DNA of 64,000 nt, taken from NCBI GenBank assembly GCA_950097015.1, contig CATNEN010000025.1:7068001-7132000 (forward strand), written 5' to 3'. This DNA comes from Macrostomum hystrix. Lineage: Eukaryota; Animalia; Platyhelminthes. Shown piece after piece: positions 54,601 through 64,000 of this stretch (its first letter is position 1; each line of letters starts with the position of its first letter). The translations under genes and the position numbers were made by a program. The notes beneath the pieces are model-generated. The model saw only the letters and a list, made by a program, of their open reading frames with translations, did not search any database and had not been told where the DNA came from.

Positions 54601-54696
54601 GACGATGCCGGAGAAGCCGACAGCCGGGCCGACTGTCAGTAGCAGCTGGAGAGTGGCTGCGGACAGCAGCAGTGGCAGCAGCTTGGCTGTTGGCAT
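51613..54696 (-). CDS. Small secreted cysteine-rich prohormone-like protein, 4 exons, ~145 aa
   Basis: Exons 54696-54580, 53851-53820, 51928-51912, 51884-51613 (phases 0,2,1 consistent). Signal-peptide-like MPTAKLLPLLLSAATLQLLLTVGPAVG, then CQTDADCPAATCC...CGEC with RRRR, KRR, RR and RKR basic sites. The two micro-exons are inferred from phase compatibility only. Confidence 0.65.
52045..53012. repeat. Minisatellite, 19-bp unit (GGGATCTGGGAGAATGTTT)
   Basis: Tandem copies. Confidence 0.95.
53893..54128. repeat. Minisatellite, 17-bp unit (CCCCACCTCACTCCCTG)
   Basis: Tandem copies; G-run-rich on the transcribed (minus) strand. Confidence 0.92.
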
Positions 54697-56329
54697 GGTC
54701 AACTAATAATATACCCGGCTAAGTTGCTGCTCCGACAGGCTGAGAGTGCTCAACTTTTTAGTTCGGATGAAAAATAGCTGTAGATCGCTTTAGATAGAGA
54801 CCGGATGAGGAAAAAACTGCATCCTATGAAGAGGAGACTCAGGGAAATATTTATGGCCGTCCTCATCATAGCGCGAGCTCAGCAGCCTCTGGACTGGGAA
54901 GCTGCTCTGGCAGCCAATAGCAGTTATCGGGCGTCATTCATTGGACCGTAGCCTCCTCAATGTGTCCTAGTGCGACTAGAGAGAACTCGGATGATGTGAC
55001 AAAACTATTTTGGCATCCGCGAATCCTTCGCCGTTAAAATCGGAATTCAAATTCTGCTTTAGCTGTCCTTGAGCGACCCTCGAGCTCCTAGTTTGTTTAC
55101 GCTCGCGCGCCCTCTTATTGTACTTTCTCCTCTCTCCCTCTTTCTGTTAACCTGTTTTCTTAGCTAACCTTCACTTCTCTTTCCTCTCCCTCGATTCTGA
55201 TTGGCTAGCTGTTCGTCTCTCTTTCATATCTCCCTCCTTTTCAGCTCTATCCCCACCCCCTCCTTTACGGGTGTTACCCTTCGGCACCCTCCTTATCTTT
55301 TGGTATATATGTGTGATTCTGGCTTTGCAACCGATGCAGCCAAGTCAGCTGCTTTTGAACCCCGTGTAAATTTTCGTACTTCAAACAAACTGTCAGACAG
55401 TTTTAGCACTTTCAGACGTTGTCCGCATTGGAACATTTTATTTGAAATCAAAAATAGTAAAAAATAAAAGCTCGATAATTACTGGAGCTGTTAATTTCAA
55501 TTGCGGGTCTTACAATGTTCAGACGGAACAATGGCCAACAGAGAAGAGGCTCATTTTGCTAGTTCCAATATACTAAAAATAGACCAATAGAAATTCTACG
55601 CTTTTACGAATTTTTTGTAGTTTGTCAAGCAAATTTGCAGATCAATACTAACAAGGATGCCATGCAGTTAAAGGTAATCGATTTTTTAAAGTTTAACCAC
55701 TCATGAAAAATCTCATTTCGTCAAAAGTAACTCCTTAGCTTCACAAACAATGGCGAGATGCAAGCGTATTCAAACGACAATTTTGAATGCAAAATCTTCA
55801 AAATTTTCATAAAAAATTGTCAACAGGTAGTGTAGTAAGCAAACGTGCCTGGGTATTTTAATGAAAGTATAGAGAATAGGTTCTGCTGGGTTTCCCCGAA
55901 ACTTTGATAGAAAGAAATAGAAAACTTTGAAAAATAGTAAATATGCAGAAAAACTATTTTCGATGATTTATCAGAACTGAGTGCAGCAATGACAGTTACA
56001 AGCATGCAGTGACGGATACTTTTCTGATATATTTAGAAGAAATATCTTTGCACAATTATAAAATTAAAATAAAATACTAACATAAATATTTACACCAAAA
56101 AGTCTTTCATTTGTTCGTCATTTGAAGTTGTTATAACCTATTTACTGCAACAAGGGCTAGCATGCTGTGTCAGACAATGGGGTATCAAAGTAGTTATGTG
56201 TCTCAATTGTAGTCTGTTTTATTGTTTTATTTTATTACTCAACACGACGTTACAAACAGAGAAGTTTTTCGTATTAATTATCTGACTAAAGCATAAAATG
56301 GGAGGCAGGAAACAAGATAGGATGAAGGG

Positions 56330-56855
56330 AGAAAGAAGAGAAGAGGGGAGTGGAGGGGAGGGGAGAGGAGAGGAGAGGAGAGGAGAGGAGAGTAGAGAAG
56401 AGGAGAGGAGAGGAGAGGAGGGGAGGGGAGGGGAGGGGAGGGGAGGGGAGAGGAGAGGAGAGGAGGGGAGGGGAGGGGAGGGGAGAGGAGAGGAGAGGAG
56501 AGGAGAGGAGAGGAGAGGAGAGGAGAGGAGAGGAGAGGAGAGGAGAGGAGAGGAGAGGAGAGGGGAGGAGAGGAGAGGAGAGGAGAGGAGAGGAGAGGAG
56601 AGGAGAGGAGAGGAGAGTAGAGGAGAGGAGAGGAGAGGAGAGGAGAGGAGAGGAGAGGAGAGGAGAGGAGAGGAGAGGAGAGGAGAGGAGAGAAGAGGAG
56701 AGGAGGGGAGGGGAGGGGAGAGGAGAGGAGAGGAGAGGAGAGGAGAGGAGAGGAGAGAAGAGGAGAGGAGAGGGGGGGAGGGAGAGGAGAGGAGAGGAGA
56801 GGAGAGGAGAGGAGGGGAGGGGAGGGGAGAGGAGAGGAGAGGAGAGGAGAGGAGG
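56330..56855. repeat. (GAGGA)n purine-only microsatellite
   Basis: ~520 bp of GAGGA/GAGGG. Confidence 0.97.
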
Positions 56856-57024
56856 CGGTATCAATTCTGATACCAAACCAGGGACACTGATGTTGTTGAA
56901 GTGTCATTGAGACATCTGTTGTGATGATTTGCTTCACCATGTGAGTGCGATGTCGGCCAATAAGTTTCACGTCGCAAGTTCACAAACAAAACAGAAAAAG
57001 AATCACTGGTTCCAGGGCGGCTTG

Positions 57025-60000
57025 TTAACTGTCCTCGTCGATGAGACCTTTCCAGTAGGCATAGTTGGCATTCATATTCTCCAGTAGTACGGGCACGTTG
57101 CAGAACTCTAATTGTGAGAGAGGAAGTGTTGTATCAATGGTTACTATTAGGAAAATGGAACATGGGATCTCGGGAACTTGGGATGGTCAGGGAATCTTGG
57201 GATCTTCAGGGAATCTTGGGATCTTCAAGCAATCTTGGGATCTTCAGCGAATCTTGGGATCTTCAAGCAATCTTGGGATCTTCAAGCAATCTTGGGATCT
57301 TCAAGCAATCTTGGGATCTTCAAGCAATCTTGGGATCTTCAGCGAATCTTGGGATCTTCAGCGAATCTTGGGATCTTCAGGGAATCTTGGGGATCTTCAG
57401 GGAATCTTGTCATCTTCAGGGAATCTTGGGATCTTCAGCGAATCTCGGGATCTTCAGCGAATCTTGGGATCTTCAGGGAATCTTGGGATCTTCAGCGAAT
57501 CTTGGGATCTTCAAGCAATCTTGGGATCTTCAGGGAATCTTGGGATCTTCAGGGAATCTTGGGATCTTCAGCGAATCTTGGGATCTTCAAGCAATCTTGG
57601 GATCTTCAGGGAATCTTGGGATTTTCAGCGAATCTCGGGATCTTCAGCGAATCTTGGGATCTTCAAGCAATCTTGGGATCTTCAGGGAATCATGGGATCT
57701 TCAGCGAATCTTGGGATCTTCAAGCAATCTTGGGATCTTCAGGGAATCTTGAGATCTTCAGGGAGTCTTGGGATCTTCAGCGAATCTTGGGATCTTCAAG
57801 CAATCTTGGGATCTTCAGGGAATCTTGGGATCTTCAGCGAATCTTGGGATCTTCAGGGAATCTTGGGATCTTCAGGGAATCTTGCCATCTTCAGGGAATC
57901 TTGGGATCTTCAGGGAATCTTGTCATCTTCAGGGAATCTTGGGATCTTCAGCGAATCTTGGAATCTTCAGGGAATCTTGGGATCTTCAGGGAATCTTGGG
58001 ATCTTCAGCGAATCTTGGGATCTTCAGGGAATCTTGGGATCTTCAGGGAATCTTGGGATCTTCAGGGAATTTTGGGATCTTCAGAGAATCGTGGATTTTT
58101 CGGCATCATGGGATCTTTTCAACCAAAGAAATTACTGCGACGGATGCAGTAAATTAGTACCAAAAAGAAGTAAAATTAGGAATTGAGTCAAGAATAGTGC
58201 AAGCTTCACTCACTGTGCCAAACATTAAACATCTCCTTGAGAAAGAAGTCGATAAAGCTGACCTGCGACTTGGGCATGTTGCAGCTGGCGCGATCGAACA
58301 CCGGCATCACAATCGGCAGGCCTTTGGCCTTCTCTTCATCGGTCTGCAACAGAGCAATAATTGAATATTTAATAGGCATTGAGAAGCAATCCGGCTGCCT
58401 TGCAAGGAGCCAAATAGGTGAGAAATTGAAATTTTTAAGATCCCTAAAATCTTGCAAGAATTTCTAAAAACCTGTCTGCCTGTAAAAATAAATCGCCTGA
58501 ATTCGATTTTAAATTCTCACGAATCGGATTGGGAATCTGACGAATCGGATTGGGAAACTGACGAATCGGATTGGGAATCTGACGAATCGGATTAGGAATC
58601 TGACAAAACTAATTAGGAATCTGACGAATCTGATTAGGAACCTGACGAATCGGATTGGGAATCTGACGAATCGGATTGGGAATCTGACGAATCTGATTAG
58701 GAATCTATGAATTGGATTAGGAATTTTACAAATCAGATTGGATAAAAATCGTCAGTCGGTCATGTTTTCAAAATATTTTACCTGTTGAAAATACTCCTCT
58801 GAAATTCGGGCGGCCCACTCCTTGCACAGTTTCAACGGTCGGCACGGATTGCTCACGTCTGAGCATTTGATGAGCACACGCCGGATCAGCGTGCGATTCT
58901 CCGGCCTGGTCAGCAGCTCCTGAACCTCCTCTTCGCTGATTGGCTGGCCGTACTCGGCGTCCTCCTCCATTGCCAGAAGCGGCGCCAGGATCTGATTTGA
59001 GAACTTGCCAACGTGCTCAAAGTGTTTAGCCATCTCTGTTGCTAAGACAACGTCTATCATGCTCTGGCGTAGTCTTTTATAGTCCTCTAGGCTCATGTTT
59101 TTGAATATGTTGATTCGTTCGTCCTTAGTGGTCAGTTGAAAAGCAAGGGAAACGTGATGGCTTTCTAGTACGGACCTGTTGAAATGGTTTAACATTATAG
59201 TATATGATTTAATATGGCTTTTTGCGCTCTGATCTACTTAAGAAAAGCTGCGTTCTATTTAACTTATAATTGTGGTCTGTGGTTCTTAATAGAGTTGTCT
59301 ATGGTTCTTAATAGAGTGGTCTATGGTTCTTAATAGAGTGGTCTATGGTTCTTAATAGAGTTGTCTATGGTTCTTAATAGAGTGGTCTATGGTTCTTAAT
59401 AGAGTGGTCTATGGTTCTTAATAGAGTGGTCTATGGTTCTTAATAGAGTTGTCTATGGTTCTTAATAGAGTGGTCTATGGTTCTTAATAGAGTGGTCTAT
59501 GGTTCTTATTAGTGTCGTCTATGGTTCTTAATAGAGTGGTCTGTGGTTCTTATTAGTGTCGTCTATGGTTCTTAATAGAGTTGTCTATGTTTCTTAATAG
59601 AGTTGTCTATGGTTCTTATTAGAGTGGTCTATGGTTCTTAATAGAGTGGTCTATGGTTCTTAATAGAGTTGTCTATGGTTCTTAATAGAGTGGTCTATGG
59701 TTCTTAATAGAGTGGTCTATGGTTCTTAATAGAGTGGTCTATGGTTCTTAATAGAGTGGTCTATGGTTCTTAATAGAGTGGTCTATGGTTCTTAATAGAG
59801 TTGTCTATGGTTCTTAATAGAGTGGTCTGTGGTTCTTATTAGTGTCGTCTATGGTTCTTAATAGAGTTGTCTATGTTTCTTAATAGAGTTGTCTATGGTT
59901 CTTATTAGAGTGGTCTATGGTTCTTAATAGAGTGGTCTATGGTTCTTAATAGAGTGGTCTATGGTTCTTAATAGAGTGGTCTATGGTTCTTAATAGAGTG

Positions 60001-63000
60001 GTCTATGGTTCTTAATAGTGTCGTCTATGGTTCTTAATAGAGTTGTCTATGGTTCTTACTAGAGTGGTCTGTGTTTCTTATTAGTGTCGTCTATGGTTCT
60101 TAATAGAGTGGTCTGTGGTTCTTAATAGAGTGGTTATGGTTCTTAATAGAGTGGTCTATGGTTCTTAATAGAGTGGTCTATGGTTCTTAATAGAGTGGTC
60201 TATGGTTCTTAATAGTGTCGTCTATGGTTCTTAATAGAGTTGTCTATGGTTCTTACTAGAGTGGTCTGTGTTTCTTATTAGTGTCGTCTATGGTTCTTAA
60301 TAGAGTGGTCTGTGGTTATTATGTGTAACTATTTTCTTTAATGGCTCTCACATGTCATTGTAAAGCAGAGCTAGTTGATGCCTGGAGTTGATTAGGAACG
60401 GGTTGGTGCGGCCAGGGTGGTCTAGGTCGTGCACCAGCGCGCCGAGCAGCGACGCCGCCTCGTCCGTCTCGTCGAAGGCCAGCTTGACTCGGTCCCGGCT
60501 GAGAAAATAGGCGGAGCACTGCATGACGTCAGCGCCGTGGGTGGCATTGTGATAGCAGTTGTCAGGTCGGTAATGATCCTGCATCACATGCAGCCAGCTC
60601 AACATGGTGTCCTCGCTGCACTGCAGATGTCGGCAGACATCAAAGCGTCGCAGAGTTCGCATGGCCAGGTGGACCATCGGCTTGCGGTCGGTGACGCGCT
60701 CCAAGGCCAGGATGTCGAAGCTCCATTCGTTGTCGCCTTCCAGGTAGGGCAGCAGGTGGTCCGGAGTGTCCCGCAGCGACTGAATATTGCCTGCTGAGTT
60801 CTCTGCCATTGGTTGGAGTTCGAGTGGCAATGCAAATGGAACCTAGAAACTGTTAATAACTGTACGTTGAAAATGCATAGTAACGGCAATTGGTCTCGGG
60901 GTCCTGATAGATAGTTTTGTTTAGTAAAGGAATACTTGAGTCATGGGTCAAGGCTGCAGGAAGTAAATTAAGGATTAAAACACCAGAGTCACACGGGTCA
61001 AGGATTAAAACACCTGAGTCACGCGGGTCAAGGATTAAAACACCTGAGTCACACGGGTCAAGGATTAAAACACCAGAGTCACACGGGTCAAGGATTAAAA
61101 CACCTGAGTCACACGGGTCAAGGATTAAAACACCTGAGTCACACGGGTCAAGGATTAAAACACCTGAGTCACACGGGTCAAGGATTAAAACACCTGAGTC
61201 ACACGGGTCAAGGATTAAAACACCTGAGTCACACGGGTCAAGGATTAAAACACCTGAGTCACACGGGTCAAGGATTAAAACACCTGAGTCACACGGGTCA
61301 AGGATTAAAACACCTGAGTCACACGGGTCAAGGATTAAAACACCTGAGTCACACGGGTCAAGGATTAAAACACCAGAGTCACACGGGTCAAGGATTAAAA
61401 CACCTGAGTCACACGGGTCAAGGATTAAAACACCAGAGTCACACGGGTCAAGGATTAAAACACCAGAGTCACACGGGTCAAGGATTAAAACACCAGAGTC
61501 ACACGGGTCAAGGATTAAAACACCAGAGTCACACGGGTCAAGGATTAAAACACCTGAGTCACACGGGTCAAGGATTAAAACACCTGAGTCACACGGGTCA
61601 AGGATTAAAACACCTGAGTCACACGGGTCAAGGATTGAAAAACCTGAGTCACACGGGTCAAGGATTAAAACACCTGAGTCACACGGGTCAAGGATTAAAA
61701 CACCTGAGTCACACGGGTCAAGGATTAAAACACCTGAGTCACACGGGTCAAGGATTAAAACACCTGAGTCACACGGGTCAAGGATTAAAACACCTGAGTC
61801 ACACGGGTCAAGGATTAAAACACCTGAGTCACACGGGTCAAGGATTAAAACACCTGAGTCACACGGGTCAAGGATTAAAACAACTGAGTCACACGGGTCA
61901 AGGATTAAAACACCTGAGTCACACGGGTCAAGGATTAAAACACCTGAGTCACACGGGTCAAGGATTAAAACACCTGAGTCACACGGGTCAAGGATTAAAA
62001 CAACTGAGTCACATGTATATACTATTCAGGCAGTATCAATTTTTAGATTTCTACTCAGCCTTAGAAATTATACAATTGCACTAGAAGCAAAGAAGTTACT
62101 GTAAATGTTTTTACTGACAGCACGAGGTACATTCTGAAAGCTAATTTATATTTTTGTTACTCGCAGAAAGAAAACAGCTAATAATTAGACTAAGTTAAAA
62201 TCGTTAAAAAAAAATTAACGCTTATTTGTCTAAGCATGCAAAATTATGCGCTGGAAAAATACACTGCAAACACTACAACATTTTTGTTGCAAAAACGATT
62301 GAAAAACCCGGCGTATAGTTAGAAGACCCACAGTTTTCTTATTTTGCAGTATCTCCTATATAAATCAACCACTCGTCATAAAAATCCAGAAAACGGGCTT
62401 AAGTTTTACAAACTTTTACAAAGATCTGTGACTCAGGAAGCTATCGTGAAGTAGGCAGTGGGTAGCATCGTGAAGTAGGCAGTGGGTAGCATCGTGAAGT
62501 AGGCAGTGGGTAGCATCGTGAAGTAGGCAGTGGGTAGCATCGTGAAGTAGGCAGTGGGTAGCATCGTGAAGTAGGCAGTGGGTAGCATCGTGAACTAGGC
62601 AGTGGGTATTTGAAATTTCAATTTCTTCCCCGTGGTCTTTCCCATTGGCCAGGGACTAATTTATAATAGTTGCTAGGCAGTAAGGACTATGATTATCTTG
62701 GCTAGTTTTTGACTAGGATGGCAGGCTATGGATTAGGCTAGGTTGACCCCGATCTGACATCACGAATAAGCATGCTCATTAGTTCACAGACAGTCATTCA
62801 GACTGCTTTCCTGGAAAAGGAAGCGGATAGTATGTTATGCCTTATCCCCATCCTTTGTGCGATTCGGGTAGGGGGTGGGTAAGCTACATTGCGATGCTGT
62901 TTGAGCGGGCCAATTGCCAGTACCTAGCAGTTGATTAATGTGCTCCTTCATGACCTCCGAGGGTCTAGGACCTGCAATTGACAAGAAAAGAGAGCAGATA

Positions 63001-64000
63001 TAAGGGCAAATGAGAATAGAAACTAACCGACTTCATCGTTTTCCTTCTCTGACCCTTTTAACCTGAGTCAATTTTGACCTATTATTGGCTTGCATCGCTT
63101 CTGACCTTCACCATTTGAGTTTCGAATAGGATGCCACTTTGAAGAATGTCACTTTTGAAGGATGCCACTTTTGACGGATGCCACTTTTGAAGGATGCCAC
63201 TTTTGACGGATGCCACTTTTGAAGGATGTCACTTTTGACGGAAGCCAATTTTGAATGGTGCCACTTTTGAAGGATGCCACTTTTGAAGGATGCCACTTTT
63301 GACGGATCCCACTTTTGAACTTTTGAAGGATGCCACTTTTGACGGATCCCACTTTTGAACTTTTGAAGGATGCCACTTTTGAAGGATGCCCCTTTCGAAA
63401 TATGCCTCTTTTGATGAATGCCATTTTCAACAATGACATTTTTGAAGGAAGCCACTTTTGACGGATGCCACTTTTGAAAGGGATGTCATTTTCACCTATT
63501 TCTCTCATCTGATCTGTATCAAAGCATAATTTTCTGCAAATGACAACCGTAAGACATTGGCACAGACTACCCCAGATGCAGTTGAGCAGGAGTTTAAGCT
63601 CCGAAGCTACTCACGTCTCTGCGCGGCAGCCAACGAGATTCGCTTTTTGTCAGGCAGCTTCGAACCGCTCTGGAAATTATTGAATAGGCAACTCGCCAAT
63701 TACTTCATCGAACACTTCAATCGCATCTGGTTTGTATATTAATGAGCTAGCATTCATCTATAACGAATTGTTATTCTCACTGCTCGACTAATTTATGCAC
63801 AGGTGAAGACGCATTTTCAAAACATTTTCAAAGGTCATGTTTTCTGATAAGATCATGCGCATGTTACTACTCACTTAAGTAGACTAAAACGAATCTAAAA
63901 AACAGAAAGAGCCAAAAACAATGCAGAGCCTCACCGCCATCAAGCCGCCGACATAGTCGGAGGTCATCTGGTAGTCCTGCGAGTTTGCAATCTCGCCAGA
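57025..64000 (-). CDS. PDE8: cAMP phosphodiesterase of the PDE8 family, 3' portion; gene starts beyond the right edge
   Basis: Exons >64000-63935 (DYVGGLMA), 63669-63615, 62971-62924, 60790-60352, 59175-58782, 58343-58214, 57107-57025. Motifs [76 protein letters not shown] follow the PDE8 catalytic domain. The two small upstream exons are less certain. Confidence 0.93.
57190..58085. repeat. Minisatellite, 19-bp unit (GGGAATCTTGGGATCTTCA), PDE8 last intron
   Basis: Tandem copies. Confidence 0.95.
58515..58740. repeat. Minisatellite, 21-bp unit (GACGAATCGGATTGGGAATCT)
   Basis: Tandem copies. Confidence 0.9.
59278..60318. repeat. Minisatellite, 22-bp unit (CTATGGTTCTTAATAGAGTGGT)
   Basis: Tandem copies. 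Confidence 0.95.
60968..62012. repeat. Minisatellite, 30-bp unit (CAAGGATTAAAACACCTGAGTCACACGGGT)
   Basis: Near-identical tandem copies. Confidence 0.97.
62442..62608. repeat. Minisatellite, 24-bp unit (GTAGCATCGTGAAGTAGGCAGTGG)
   Basis: ~7 tandem copies. Confidence 0.92.
63130..63482. repeat. Minisatellite, 16-bp unit (GAAGGATGCCACTTTT)
   Basis: Tandem degenerate copies. Confidence 0.9.

Noticed and set aside
758-63508. Long ORFs in the track made of repeated peptides (e.g. 813-1386, 9424-10314, 13584-15370, 22206-24035, 28228-28813, 30270-31405, 35385-35889, 48485-49353, 52170-53071, 56278-58186, 60917-62104, 63108-63508)
   Set aside because: They coincide with minisatellites, are open in several frames or on both strands because the unit lacks stops, and mostly lie inside introns defined by flanking exons.

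Overview
Eukaryotic (metazoan) genomic DNA, not prokaryotic: GC-rich exons with spliceosomal introns, and nearly every intron over ~400 bp carries its own minisatellite. The gene content and this architecture suggest a free-living flatworm such as Macrostomum; that assignment is inference only. Host genes assembled by hand from splice sites and phases, all on the minus strand unless stated: the 5' end of a phytochelatin synthase (missing from the ORF track); a mitochondrial acetate:succinate CoA-transferase-like gene; acyl-CoA-binding protein (missing from the ORF track); an atypical rhodopsin-class GPCR (plus strand) with a probable GC-AG intron; a Q/P-rich LRAT-domain protein; UBL3 with a poly-Cys tail (not called correctly by the ORF track); an ARAP-like PH/ArfGAP/RhoGAP/RA protein; a small secreted Cys-rich prohormone-like gene with micro-exons; and the 3' part of PDE8. 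Mobile DNA: one intact RTE-clade LINE (plus strand), two tRNA-derived SINE families (one with a CORE-like domain) and several MITEs. About 29 tandem arrays account for most of the long ORFs in the track. The most notable signals are: (1) a tightly spaced, co-oriented ACBP > ASCT > PCS cluster resembling a trans-spliced operon; (2) an RTE element whose TSD encloses an 11-copy 5' minisatellite and a fold-back hairpin, a possible clue to how the intronic minisatellites arise; (3) an array of ~20 duplicated 3' splice sites; (4) a 27-nt intron. Array boundaries are approximate.
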